From a virus (taxonomy: Duplodnaviria > Heunggongvirae > Uroviricota > Caudoviricetes), in IMG/VR virus record IMGVR_UViG_3300022918_000010: a stretch of 64,000 nt of DNA; one strand, given 5' to 3'. Numbering within the stretch: position 1 is the first letter of the stretch; each line of letters begins with the position of its first letter. A program made the position numbers and the translations under genes. The notes beneath the pieces are model-generated. The model was not told the DNA's origin, did not search any database, and saw only the letters and a list, made by a program, of their open reading frames with translations. Positions 18,766-27,965 of this stretch are shown piece by piece.

Positions 18766-19067
18766 GAGATAAGATTAAATTTAATGATTATACTAAATCT
18801 TTAATAAATGCTAGTAATCATGAATATTATAGAAGTGCGATATGGAAATCAGTAGAATATATGATTATTGATATAGTACGTACTCAAAGTTATGGTGCTA
18901 GATGCTTTTATATCAATGGTCTACCCATCGAAGATTTACATACAGGACAACCTATACATGAAGATATTGAACTATATATCAAATATAATATAGAAGAAAT
19001 AATAAACGATTTAAATAACTTAGAACAAAAATTAAATGGAAAATTGGTTAATAATATTAGCAGCTAG
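18753..19067 (+). CDS. small protein, paralog family C
   Basis: MFKVGDKIKF...LNNLEQKLNGK. Confidence 0.6.
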   Translation: MFKVGDKIKFNDYTKSLINASNHEYYRSAIWKSVEYMIIDIVRTQSYGARCFYINGLPIEDLHTGQPIHEDIELYIKYNIEEIINDLNNLEQKLNGKLVNNISS

Positions 19068-19407
19068 TTTATGTTGTGCTGGTATATCATTCACAGTTAC
19101 AATATCTGGAATGTTTGAAGGATTAAGAAATTGGATTTATGATAAAAATAAATTCTTAGGTGAACTTATAACATGTCCATGGTGTTTTGGACATTATGTT
19201 GTATTTGTATTGTTACTTATTTCAGATATACAATATATAATTGTGTCACAGTATGTAGTTTTTAACTTTTTATTTACATCTTTTGTAATAATTGGATTAA
19301 TGGGACTATGGCATAAGATATTACTTGTAGCATATGACCCTGTAATGAAGATTAAAGCTCAAAGAGAAATAAATAGATTAAAGATAGCTAAAGCTAAATC
19401 TGAATAA
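19036..19407 (+). CDS. membrane protein (3-4 TM)
   Basis: hydrophobic segments; CPWCFGH motif. Confidence 0.5.
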   Translation: MENWLIILAASLCCAGISFTVTISGMFEGLRNWIYDKNKFLGELITCPWCFGHYVVFVLLLISDIQYIIVSQYVVFNFLFTSFVIIGLMGLWHKILLVAYDPVMKIKAQREINRLKIAKAKSE

Positions 19408-19410
19408 TAT

Positions 19411-19484
19411 ATAGGAGTCGTATAAATGGTTAGTAAGATTCGCTGAAGAATCTGGTGGTAGTTCGAATCTGCCCTCCTATGCCA
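19411..19484 (+). tRNA. tRNA-like gene with encoded 3' CCA; anticodon uncertain (possibly CUG/Gln)
   Basis: perfect 7-bp acceptor stem ATAGGAG/CTCCTAT, discriminator G then CCA. Canonical T-arm GGTAG-TTCGAAT-CTGCC. D-loop contains GG. Anticodon arm GATTC-GCTGAA-GAATC does not give a standard 7-nt loop in a manual fold. Confidence 0.6.
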
Positions 19485-19498
19485 CTAAATAAAGTGAT

Positions 19499-19894
19499 AT
19501 GACATATTCAAAAGTAACACCAGAGATCACCAGAGAAGTGATCAGAATGAGAGGTCTAGGTAAACAGCTAGAAGTAATAGCTAAAGCTGTTGGAATCTCT
19601 ACAACATCAGTATTCAGAATTGTGAATACAAGGAAAACAATTATAAATGGAGCAAATAATGGACAAATAGTCTCTGCTAAAGAATTAATTAGTAAAAGTA
19701 TATCAAAACCAAATGATTCTACTTTTGTAGAACGTATGCAAATGGCTAAACAAGCTAAGAAAGTCGCACCACTTCCTGTAGAAGAGAATACAATCAATCT
19801 TACAATTGAATTTAATGGTATAAAAATCCATGTAAATAATAAAGTAAGTGATGTATACTTATCACAATCTTCAATACGAGTTATAACTAAGTAA
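19499..19894 (+). CDS. helix-turn-helix DNA-binding protein
   Basis: LEVIAKAVGISTTSVFRIV HTH-like segment; the overlapping minus-strand ORF 19477-19902 is rejected. Confidence 0.5.
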   Translation: MTYSKVTPEITREVIRMRGLGKQLEVIAKAVGISTTSVFRIVNTRKTIINGANNGQIVSAKELISKSISKPNDSTFVERMQMAKQAKKVAPLPVEENTINLTIEFNGIKIHVNNKVSDVYLSQSSIRVITK

Positions 19895-19953
19895 TATACC
19901 ATAAGTACAGCAGATCTAATATAAGCTATAGGTTCCCTGGAATACTACCCTTA

Positions 19954-19961
19954 TAGGTTTG
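19954..19961 (+). promoter_or_regulatory. TAGGTTTG match to Bacteroidota -7 consensus
   Basis: 28 nt upstream of ATG 19989. Confidence 0.35.
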
Positions 19962-19988
19962 GTCTGTTGTACTTTCTATTTTAATATT

Positions 19989-20294
19989 ATGAAGGAAATA
20001 AAAGAAGGAGACTCAATAAAATTTACAAATAAAGCAAAACTAAATTTATCTATTGATGGATATTATATGGATGATGATGATTGTAAAGATGGTTGGAATA
20101 AAATGAAATTCATGATCGTTAAGAAGATCGAACAAAATGGATATGTAATAACTGGTTTTGATAAAAACAATGATCTTATAACAGAAATACAAGATCATGC
20201 ACCTAGAAAAGAAGATTGTGAATTTTATAACAATTATAATATAGATGAAATTATGAGTAATTTAGATAAACTTAAAAACAAATGGAAAAGATAG
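19989..20294 (+). CDS. small protein, paralog family C
   Basis: track ORF 19959 trimmed to MKEIKEGDSIKF; ...NLDKLKNKWKR. Confidence 0.55.
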   Translation: MKEIKEGDSIKFTNKAKLNLSIDGYYMDDDDCKDGWNKMKFMIVKKIEQNGYVITGFDKNNDLITEIQDHAPRKEDCEFYNNYNIDEIMSNLDKLKNKWKR

Positions 20295-20647
20295 TAGCAA
20301 CACCAAATAATGTTAAAGTAGGTACTAAAGTTATTATTGATAAAACTAATACAAGATTATCTAAATGGGCAACTATAATAGTGAACAGTGACCAATATCG
20401 TTTAGTTGAATATTTTAAAGTAATAAGATTTAATAAAGTTAATGATAATATAGTATATGTAAATGGTTATAATCTTAATGATAAAAAGATAGATATTGCG
20501 GAAGATGTACTATGTATAGGTTATGATGGATTTTATGATGTTACACTTTATGAAAATACTCCAGATTATGATCTTGATAGTATTTTGAATAATCTTGATA
20601 AACTTCGATATAAGTTACCTAAAAAGAAATGGTGGAAAATATTTTAA
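20282..20647 (+). CDS. small protein, paralog family C
   Basis: ...NLDKLRYKLPKKKWWKIF. Confidence 0.55.
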   Translation: MEKIVATPNNVKVGTKVIIDKTNTRLSKWATIIVNSDQYRLVEYFKVIRFNKVNDNIVYVNGYNLNDKKIDIAEDVLCIGYDGFYDVTLYENTPDYDLDSILNNLDKLRYKLPKKKWWKIF

Positions 20648-20656
20648 TAAAAGAAT

Positions 20657-20965
20657 ATGACTAAAGGAGATATAGTAAAAAATGACAACTTTAAAAAAGG
20701 ACATAAAGTTATAAAAGGTCCTGATTGGGAATATGGAGATCAGGATATACATTCTATATATGGTGTAATAGTAACTCCTCCAGGGACATATAATGAAGAT
20801 TGTGAAGTTATCTGGATAGATCAACATAATCATCCATTAAAGAAATATGTATATAGAACAGGAAGAGCTGGTAAACATGATTTAGTATTTTATCAAGATA
20901 CAATTGATTATTCATTAGAAGATATGTTTGCAGATCTAGATGCTTTGGCAGATAAATTTAAATAG
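20657..20965 (+). CDS. small protein, paralog family C
   Basis: MTKGDIVKND...DLDALADKFK. Confidence 0.55.
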   Translation: MTKGDIVKNDNFKKGHKVIKGPDWEYGDQDIHSIYGVIVTPPGTYNEDCEVIWIDQHNHPLKKYVYRTGRAGKHDLVFYQDTIDYSLEDMFADLDALADKFK

Positions 20966-20967
20966 TT

Positions 20968-21291
20968 ATGATAACTTTTATAGGAGACCATGAAACAGCA
21001 AAATTGTTAGGAGATCAAAAGGTTAAAATATACTTAACTAGAGAAGGAGCACTTCGGTATAGAACTACTAATAATTTTATTTACAATAATTATGAATATG
21101 GTTTAATAGAATATGTTACTAAAGGTGCATTTACTATTCAATGGTATGATAGGTCAAGTAAGAGTATAGGAGGTGAAACTCATTTATATGGATTTGAGCT
21201 TTTATATTATTTATCTGAAAAGCTTAATTCAATCCCTTCTATAGAAAGTATAATTATCAATCTTGAAAAACTAGAAAAGAAATATGTATAA
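20968..21291 (+). CDS. small protein, paralog family C
   Basis: ...NLEKLEKKYV. Confidence 0.55.
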   Translation: MITFIGDHETAKLLGDQKVKIYLTREGALRYRTTNNFIYNNYEYGLIEYVTKGAFTIQWYDRSSKSIGGETHLYGFELLYYLSEKLNSIPSIESIIINLEKLEKKYV

Positions 21292-21580
21292 TATTAATAT
21301 TGAAGATAAAGTATACTTTACTCCTGATGCTAAAAACAGATTAATAATGTATTTTAATAATCATGCTGTAGATCATGGTATTATTAAAAGTGAATATAGA
21401 GGCGGCAAAGAATTAATATTATTAACTATAATAGATATGTTTGGTCTTGTTATAGATGAGAACTTTGTTGTATCATGTTTAGATATTAGTACCGAACGTT
21501 ACAACGATATTGAAACAGTAATGCATAATATCTTAGTAAATTTAAATAAATTAGAAAAGAAAATCATAAAACAAAAATAA
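21284..21580 (+). CDS. small protein, paralog family C
   Basis: ...NLNKLEKKIIKQK. Confidence 0.55.
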   Translation: MYNINIEDKVYFTPDAKNRLIMYFNNHAVDHGIIKSEYRGGKELILLTIIDMFGLVIDENFVVSCLDISTERYNDIETVMHNILVNLNKLEKKIIKQK

Positions 21581-21581
21581 C

Positions 21582-22259
21582 ATGGAAAAATTAGTAGTCC
21601 CACAATTTGATCACGAAGCAAAAGGATTGTCAGCATCATTAGGATTGACAGATAGAGATGTACATTATGTAAGATCTGCTATCTTATTTGAAGCATTAGC
21701 TTGCCCTATATTAGCTAAAGAATTATTTGATGAAGATCAAGCACCAGCTAACATGACAACTATGACAGGAGTTATGGAAAGAGTTTATCTTCATATGAGA
21801 AATTATGTAGAGCAATTCTATATGACAATGATATTTGCTGATGGTTGGTTTAATATTCAGAATGCTATTAAACATTCAGAACAATTAGGTGAAAGAGAAG
21901 CTGAGATTAATGAATTACCTGAAGCATTAAAGAAAATGCTTAGTAAAGCTATTGGAGGGCCACTTCAAACACTTACTGGAGTAACAGCTCAAATTAGACA
22001 ATCATCTTTTAATTTCAATGAATTTGTTAACATAGTTCTTGATGACAATAATTATAATGCTTCAGGTAAATACTGTCCTACAGAGATAGAACCTAATGAA
22101 ACTGATATTAAAGAAGTTGAAGAATTTATGGCTAAAAAACTTGAAGCATTTAAAGAGAAAGCTGAAAAGTTAAAGAAAGAAAAAAAAGCTAAGAAGAAAG
22201 ATAAGAAGAAGTCTAAGGACAATCCTGAAAGTACAACTGAAGAAAAGAAAGATGAATAA
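21582..22259 (+). CDS. hypothetical protein with Lys/Glu-rich tail
   Basis: C-terminus KKEKKAKKKDKKKSKD. Confidence 0.5.
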   Translation: MEKLVVPQFDHEAKGLSASLGLTDRDVHYVRSAILFEALACPILAKELFDEDQAPANMTTMTGVMERVYLHMRNYVEQFYMTMIFADGWFNIQNAIKHSEQLGEREAEINELPEALKKMLSKAIGGPLQTLTGVTAQIRQSSFNFNEFVNIVLDDNNYNASGKYCPTEIEPNETDIKEVEEFMAKKLEAFKEKAEKLKKEKKAKKKDKKKSKDNPESTTEEKKDE

Positions 22260-22623
22260 TATAGGTATTATAATAGGATTTATTCCTACAGTATTTATAT
22301 TATTTTATATAGTAAAAATACTAATTGAAGCATTTAAACATGAATGTTACTACTTTGTATCTTACTACTGGACATCACAAGATCAAAAAGGACATGGAAA
22401 TATAGAAGTTATATTACATGGTACTACAATAGATTCTTATGATGATATGGAAGAAATAACTCATTATATAGAAGATAGAGTTAGAGATAGTAAAGGAAAA
22501 CAAGTTAAAGCTATAGTACTTAATATAGTTAAATTAACTAAAGCTTCAAAAAACGGTAAAACAGATAACATATTATTTACAGACGAAGGTATAATTATAA
22601 AACAAAATGAAAAGAACATATAA
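22252..22623 (+). CDS. membrane-anchored protein
   Basis: N-terminal TM IGIIIGFIPTVFILFYIV. Confidence 0.5.
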   Translation: MNNIGIIIGFIPTVFILFYIVKILIEAFKHECYYFVSYYWTSQDQKGHGNIEVILHGTTIDSYDDMEEITHYIEDRVRDSKGKQVKAIVLNIVKLTKASKNGKTDNILFTDEGIIIKQNEKNI

Positions 22624-22993
22624 GATAGCTAGTACAATATTATTAATTGGTATATTATTTTGGATTGGTGAAACAGTGTTTTTCCTTATAAAAGATGGAT
22701 GGCACTACAGACCATTATCAGTATCTGAAGCTCAGTGTGATAAAATAGTAAGTTATATATTTACTTTAGGTTGGATATTTATGGTAGTTGCTGCAATGGA
22801 AACTATACAATGGACTATAAGAGCTAAAGATGATATTGAATTATTATTTGAGTTACTAGAAAGGAATACAGAAGTTACTAGAGCTAATAGTAAATCATTT
22901 ATGTCACTTATGGATGATCTTAAAAAAGCATTTGATTCAATAGGTAATTCTAAGGAAAAGAAACCTGAAGAAAAGGTAGAGAAAACAGAATAA
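22607..22993 (+). CDS. membrane protein (2 TM)
   Basis: hydrophobic segments. Confidence 0.5.
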   Translation: MKRTYKIASTILLIGILFWIGETVFFLIKDGWHYRPLSVSEAQCDKIVSYIFTLGWIFMVVAAMETIQWTIRAKDDIELLFELLERNTEVTRANSKSFMSLMDDLKKAFDSIGNSKEKKPEEKVEKTE

Positions 22994-22999
22994 TTACAT

Positions 23000-23029
23000 G
23001 GGTCCTTTAATCGGGACCCTTTTTATTTT
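23000..23029 (+). terminator. rho-independent terminator
   Basis: GGGTCC-loop-GGACCC followed by TTTTTATTTT. Confidence 0.7.
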
Positions 23030-23034
23030 AAGAT

Positions 23035-23292
23035 ATGTTTAACAAAGGAGATGTAATTGTAGTACGTGAAGATCGTGAATGTTATGATGAATATAGTGAT
23101 ACTGATTATATAGTAGATCGTATGGAAAATAGTAATCATAGTGTTTATTGTTATCCTACATCTGGTGAACGTTTAGGACAATTACATGGTTTTGACCTAA
23201 AAGATGTTGTTCTAAAAAATCAATATTTCATTGAAGATATAATTAAAGATTTAGAAATACTAGAGAAAAGATGTTTAATAAAGGAGATATAG
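23035..23292 (+). CDS. small protein, paralog family C
   Basis: MFNKGDVIVV...LEILEKRC. Confidence 0.6.
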   Translation: MFNKGDVIVVREDRECYDEYSDTDYIVDRMENSNHSVYCYPTSGERLGQLHGFDLKDVVLKNQYFIEDIIKDLEILEKRCLIKEI

Positions 23293-23516
23293 TTACAATA
23301 ATACCTGGTACTAGATATTTTAAAGATTATTCATATACAAATTATAGAGTAGAAGAATTTACTAGTAATGATCATATTCAAACAAAGCCTATATCAGGTA
23401 ATAAAACAATGCAAGTACATTCATTTACTATACTTGATATAATGTTAGCATCAGATCCTATAGATTCTATATTAGAAAATCTAGAAATATTAGAAAAGAA
23501 ATATGAAAAAGCATGA
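23271..23516 (+). CDS. small protein, paralog family C
   Basis: MFNKGDIVTI...LEILEKKYEKA. Confidence 0.6.
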   Translation: MFNKGDIVTIIPGTRYFKDYSYTNYRVEEFTSNDHIQTKPISGNKTMQVHSFTILDIMLASDPIDSILENLEILEKKYEKA

Positions 23517-23787
23517 ATATTTAATGGCTGAAGACCATTATGAAGTAAGAAGTGTAAAGAAGGGTAGAAAAGAAAAAGTTTGTGAATATTGTGGAAGAGC
23601 TATACCTATAGGAGCTCCAGCAAATACCCACACATTCTATCCTGAATTTCAAGCTTATGATACACATTTAAAATGTAGTGATGATTTTGAGGCTAGTCTA
23701 AATACTCAAGAAGACATAAAACAAAAAGAGTATGAAGAATCCACTGAATATCAATTACAACAAGTTAGAGAATTAATTAAAGAATAA
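23503..23787 (+). CDS. putative zinc-binding small protein
   Basis: CEYCGR...HLKC. Confidence 0.45.
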   Translation: MKKHEYLMAEDHYEVRSVKKGRKEKVCEYCGRAIPIGAPANTHTFYPEFQAYDTHLKCSDDFEASLNTQEDIKQKEYEESTEYQLQQVRELIKE

Positions 23788-24431
23788 TGGCATCAGGAGA
23801 TTTAAGTATAGCAGGATCAGGTTCTCCTATATCAATGCAAAAGTTTACAGACTATTTAGATGCAGAAACTCCTATAGAAAAGCAACCAGAATTAATTGTA
23901 ATGCTTAATCAATCAGGACAAGGATTATTACAGGATAATGATAGTATAGTTCAAGTTATGATAGCTGATAGAGTAATGCAAGCTCATTATTGGAGAGATG
24001 AATTCTGGAATGGAAAGCAGATATCAGCATACTTATATAGATATGTATATTATATGCTAGAAGAAGACGAATATGATATAGTTAAACATAAATATCCAAA
24101 TAACCAAGCTATAGTAGATGCATTAACTTCAGGAGCTTTAACAGAAACTTCAGATGAGTTTGTAAGAATGAAAGGTTATTTTGAATGGCTTAAAAGTAAT
24201 AATGAAGTAACTCATATAGTAGGATTAGTCCAATTAGTAGGAGGTTCATTAAGAGCTGCTGCTAAAAAACAATCTTATCTTAGAATATTTATAGAAGAAC
24301 CTGAAACAGGTATGCATCCTAAAAGAGAAAGAAAACTTGTAACATTAATTAAAATGTTAGGAGATGACTATGGATTTAGTCAAAAAAATCATGACAGAGA
24401 TGTTGATGAAGCTAGAAAAATAATAGGATAA
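23787..24431 (+). CDS. hypothetical protein
   Basis: ORF track. Confidence 0.5.
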   Translation: MASGDLSIAGSGSPISMQKFTDYLDAETPIEKQPELIVMLNQSGQGLLQDNDSIVQVMIADRVMQAHYWRDEFWNGKQISAYLYRYVYYMLEEDEYDIVKHKYPNNQAIVDALTSGALTETSDEFVRMKGYFEWLKSNNEVTHIVGLVQLVGGSLRAAAKKQSYLRIFIEEPETGMHPKRERKLVTLIKMLGDDYGFSQKNHDRDVDEARKIIG

Positions 24432-24433
24432 TA

Positions 24434-24685
24434 ATGTTCAATATTGGTGATAAAATTAAGGTAAAGCATGTTGGTTTAGGTCATAAACCTTATATAACTC
24501 AAGTATTTACTGTTATATACGCAAGTCATGAATATATTACTTGTACTACTGAAGATTATGTTGATGCTAAATCTATACATGAAAATTATACATTTGATGA
24601 AAATGATTGTTATCTATATTATATGTACGATATAAACCTAATAATAGCTGACCTTGAAAAATTAGAGAAAAAATATGAAAGATAA
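24434..24685 (+). CDS. small protein, paralog family C
   Basis: MFNIGDKIKV...LEKLEKKYER. Confidence 0.6.
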   Translation: MFNIGDKIKVKHVGLGHKPYITQVFTVIYASHEYITCTTEDYVDAKSIHENYTFDENDCYLYYMYDINLIIADLEKLEKKYER

Positions 24686-24950
24686 AGTAAGATTAATTTG
24701 TCAACTCAATGGTTCTGATAAATTTTATGAGATGGAGCAGAAGATAGAAGGAACTTTTGATGTATTCTATGGAAGAATAGGAGCAGCTCCTCAAACAAAA
24801 ACTTATCATATAAGTGATTGGCAGAAAAAATATAATGAAAAGATTAATAAAGGTTATAAAGATATATCTGAAAGCATAGTTAAATTTAGTCTTGAAGATG
24901 TATTTGCTAATCTAGATAAACTAGAACTTAAGCTAAGTGAAAAAGGGTGA
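24675..24950 (+). CDS. small protein, paralog family C
   Basis: KDKVRL...NLDKLELKLSEKG. Confidence 0.55.
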   Translation: MKDKVRLICQLNGSDKFYEMEQKIEGTFDVFYGRIGAAPQTKTYHISDWQKKYNEKINKGYKDISESIVKFSLEDVFANLDKLELKLSEKG

Positions 24951-25227
24951 TAAAGTCCAGCTTAATGAAAAAGGTTACAAAGGATATAATATAGGCCAAG
25001 GATCTGAATTAAAACTACGTAATAATTTTGGATATGCTATTATAAATCGTATTAATAAAGAAAAAATAGATTATATATCAGTTGATATATATAATGTACA
25101 ACAGGCTAAATTAAGTACTATAGAGGGATGTGCAAGTTGGTTTGAGCCTTATGAAGAACCTTTTGATATAGATAATACTATAGATAATCTAAATAAATTA
25201 GAAATTAAACTAAAAAAAGATGAGTAA
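24937..25227 (+). CDS. small protein, paralog family C (GTG start)
   Basis: KKGDKVQL...NLNKLEIKLKKDE. Confidence 0.5.
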   Translation: MKKGDKVQLNEKGYKGYNIGQGSELKLRNNFGYAIINRINKEKIDYISVDIYNVQQAKLSTIEGCASWFEPYEEPFDIDNTIDNLNKLEIKLKKDE

Positions 25228-26419
25228 TACACAATTGGTTATACCAAAAACAATTACTGTAGGTTATCAAGAGAGATCTGATACTTACACTAAAAGATTA
25301 GCATATATTATATATACAGATGCTAAAGGAGTACTTAGAAAAGAAAAATCCTGGAGAGCATGGTGTGAACTTGGTCAACAACATCAATATGGTGCTCCAG
25401 GTCAAATGAGAAAAAATTTAGGTTCAGATGTTTATGATAATGCTCCTACAGAAGGATTTGTATTAAATAAAGGAGCTGGAGGTTATGCTGGAAGTAGTTC
25501 ATCATGGAACATTAGAAAAGAAACTATTAGAGTTTATGATCCAAGAGGATTTGAATTTGAAATTAGTATAGCTAATCTATTATTCATACTTGAAAATAGC
25601 AATTCTTATAAGGGTAAAGGATTAGAAGGTGAATTTGTTTATTCCTGGGAAGGAACTGAACTTGTATTACTTCCTGCTGCATGTGATGAGTATAAAAAGT
25701 CTCAAGTATTTACTAATCTTCAATCTGGTAAAGTAGCCAGTAAAGATCTAGTAGAAGGTGGAACATATGAAACTAAGAGACAAGAAAAACTTGTTTATAT
25801 GGGAAGACATATGTGGTTTACTTTTGATGGTTATTATAAAAAAGAAGCTAAGTTTAGAAAAGTATATGCTTTTATGAATGAAGCTGGAGCCTTTGTAACT
25901 CAAACTGGATTAACTTCTATTGCTGCTACAATTGATGATAAACCTATATCAGATTATGCAAATAGAGTTGAGAAGTTTGAGAAGACTTGTGCTTTTAACT
26001 TATCTAAACCAAAAGAGTTTTTCTTAAAACCAGCTAAGTTTAATACAAAAAATAGAAATTATGGTTGGGTTGAAGCTAATGATGGAAGTAAATTCTGCCA
26101 GAAAGTAGGAGATCTTTATAAACACTATCATATTTATTGTAAACAAACTTATGAGCAAAAAAGAGCTACTGATAGTTGGATGTTAGGTAGAATGATAGAT
26201 GATATAAAAAAACCTCTTGGTTATCGTATGTGTATGGTTCCCATAGAAGATCTTATTATAAAAAATGATACTATTATTCAAAAAGAAAATAGGGAAAATC
26301 ATAATGATGTTATAAATGGAAAACATACTAAATGGTATACAGAATCTGAAATAGAACCTTTAGTAAGTGTATTATGGTTGAAAATGGATTCAGGTAAAGA
26401 AGTAATATTTAACAAATAA
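25220..26419 (+). CDS. hypothetical protein (399 aa)
   Basis: ORF track; no motif recognised. Confidence 0.55.
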   Translation: MSNTQLVIPKTITVGYQERSDTYTKRLAYIIYTDAKGVLRKEKSWRAWCELGQQHQYGAPGQMRKNLGSDVYDNAPTEGFVLNKGAGGYAGSSSSWNIRKETIRVYDPRGFEFEISIANLLFILENSNSYKGKGLEGEFVYSWEGTELVLLPAACDEYKKSQVFTNLQSGKVASKDLVEGGTYETKRQEKLVYMGRHMWFTFDGYYKKEAKFRKVYAFMNEAGAFVTQTGLTSIAATIDDKPISDYANRVEKFEKTCAFNLSKPKEFFLKPAKFNTKNRNYGWVEANDGSKFCQKVGDLYKHYHIYCKQTYEQKRATDSWMLGRMIDDIKKPLGYRMCMVPIEDLIIKNDTIIQKENRENHNDVINGKHTKWYTESEIEPLVSVLWLKMDSGKEVIFNK

Positions 26420-26421
26420 CA

Positions 26422-26856
26422 ATGGCTAAAAAAGAAAACAAAGACAAAGTTGTAGCAGAATTACAAGAGATTGTCAAAACAAAGAAAGCTGAAATAGCTA
26501 GTATAGAAAGACCTAATTATAAGACTCATATGTCTTTGAATGTAGGAGATGGTAGTGTTAATTTAAATACTATAACTGATCCTTGGACTTTAGGAACTTT
26601 ATTAGGTACATTATTAAGATTAAAAGCAGACTTTGAAACAGGAGCTAAATTATTAGGACTTGATGTACATTATAAGCACCAATCATTTCCTGTAGGAGAT
26701 TGGGTAGATGATATTCAAGCTAGATTTGAGAAAGTAACTATTAATCAAAAGAAACAACAACTTGAGATCATAGAGAAAAGATTAGCTGCTTTAGAGTCTA
26801 AGGAATCACGTGAAGAAAAAGAGTTAAAAGAAATTCAATCATTATTAAACAAATAA
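26422..26856 (+). CDS. hypothetical protein
   Basis: ORF track. Confidence 0.5.
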   Translation: MAKKENKDKVVAELQEIVKTKKAEIASIERPNYKTHMSLNVGDGSVNLNTITDPWTLGTLLGTLLRLKADFETGAKLLGLDVHYKHQSFPVGDWVDDIQARFEKVTINQKKQQLEIIEKRLAALESKESREEKELKEIQSLLNK

Positions 26857-26865
26857 ATAACAAAT

Positions 26866-27243
26866 ATGAAAAAAGTAAAAGTAACACCTGCACAAGTACA
26901 AGAGATCACTAGTAAAGAAGCTGCTGAAATGGGATTTAATGATGCTCCAGCTAAGAAATTAACTGCTGCTGAAATTAAAACAAAAAATATTAGTAGAACT
27001 CAAGCTTTAGAGTTGATGAAAAATAATAAAGGTCATTTCTTCAGTGCTGTATTTGTGACTAAAGGTAATAAACTACGTACTATTAATGGTCAATGGTTGA
27101 AAGATCAAGGTCCTTCAGATTTAGGTTATGTTAAAGTAAGAGAAACTTCTAAACTTAAATCAGGTAAAGAGGCTATCCGTAATGTAAATCTTCAGACTCT
27201 TGAGTTATTGAAAATTGCTGGCAAAACTTTTAACGTAGGATAA
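26866..27243 (+). CDS. hypothetical protein
   Basis: ORF track. Confidence 0.5.
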   Translation: MKKVKVTPAQVQEITSKEAAEMGFNDAPAKKLTAAEIKTKNISRTQALELMKNNKGHFFSAVFVTKGNKLRTINGQWLKDQGPSDLGYVKVRETSKLKSGKEAIRNVNLQTLELLKIAGKTFNVG

Positions 27244-27393
27244 TTATTTATCCTGGAGGTTCTGTTGCAGTTATAAAAGAAAAGAAACATTATAGAGAAG
27301 CCGATTTAATGGAACAGTATTACCATGAATCTCCAATAATCTGGAAACGGATAAAAAGAAAAGTACGTGTATCTCAAAAGTAACGTATATTAA

Positions 27394-27418
27394 GGGGTAT
27401 CTGAGATATGGATACCCC
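27394..27418 (+). other. hairpin GGGGTATC-loop-GATACCCC followed by TTTCACTT (terminator or leader structure)
   Basis: perfect 8-bp inverted repeat in the 194-bp gap. Confidence 0.45.
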
Positions 27419-27437
27419 TTTCACTTAATTAAAAAGA

Positions 27438-27965
27438 ATGAATAAAGAAGACAGTGGACATAGACAGTGGGCTACAGGATTGTTAGGAGGAATAGTTATA
27501 GCATTTATCAGTATTGGATTTATGTATTATCTTATGCAAAAGGTTCCTATTAAAGTCACTGAAACTAAAACTCAAGTAGTATATGATTTAAATGATTCAT
27601 ATAGTGAACAGAAGGTGATGGATTATTTATTACAGTTAAATGTAAAATATCCTAAAGTAGCTTTAGCTCAGATGAAGTTAGAATCAGCTAATGGTACTAG
27701 TAAAATCTTTAAAGAAGGTAACAATCTTTTTGGGATGAAAGTGCCTGTAAGAAGACCCACTACTGCTTTAGGTGAAAAGGATAATCATGCTTATTATTCA
27801 CATTGGAGACAAGCTGTTATTGATTATGCATTATTTCAAGCATTTGTATCTAATACAGAGAATATGAATAGTGAATCTGATTGGTTGGATTATATTAGTC
27901 ATACATATGCATCTGATACTTCTTATAGAAATAAATTAGTTCATATTAAGAACAATTTAAAATGA
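27438..27965 (+). CDS. membrane-anchored peptidoglycan hydrolase, glucosaminidase (FlgJ-like) domain
   Basis: N-terminal TM; LAQMKLESANGTSKIFKEGNNLFGMK resembles the glucosaminidase-domain core AQAALESGWG...NNLFGIK. Confidence 0.6.
   Translation: MNKEDSGHRQWATGLLGGIVIAFISIGFMYYLMQKVPIKVTETKTQVVYDLNDSYSEQKVMDYLLQLNVKYPKVALAQMKLESANGTSKIFKEGNNLFGMKVPVRRPTTALGEKDNHAYYSHWRQAVIDYALFQAFVSNTENMNSESDWLDYISHTYASDTSYRNKLVHIKNNLK

Noticed and set aside
19477-19902. 141-aa minus-strand ORF fully overlapping the + strand HTH ORF 19499-19894
   Set aside because: It is the mirror ORF of a + strand gene that carries a recognisable helix-turn-helix and fits the unidirectional gene block. It is treated as a shadow ORF.
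19925-19961. Possible second tRNA or inverted repeat (CTATAGG ... CTTATAGG) after the HTH gene
   Set aside because: The two elements are direct repeats, not inverted. There is no T-arm or acceptor pairing. The segment instead contains a -7 promoter-like TAGGTTTG.
22141-22259. Lys-rich KKEKKAKKKDKKKSKD tract as a possible DNA repeat element
   Set aside because: It is a low-complexity coding tail of an ordinary ORF, not a nucleotide-level repeat.
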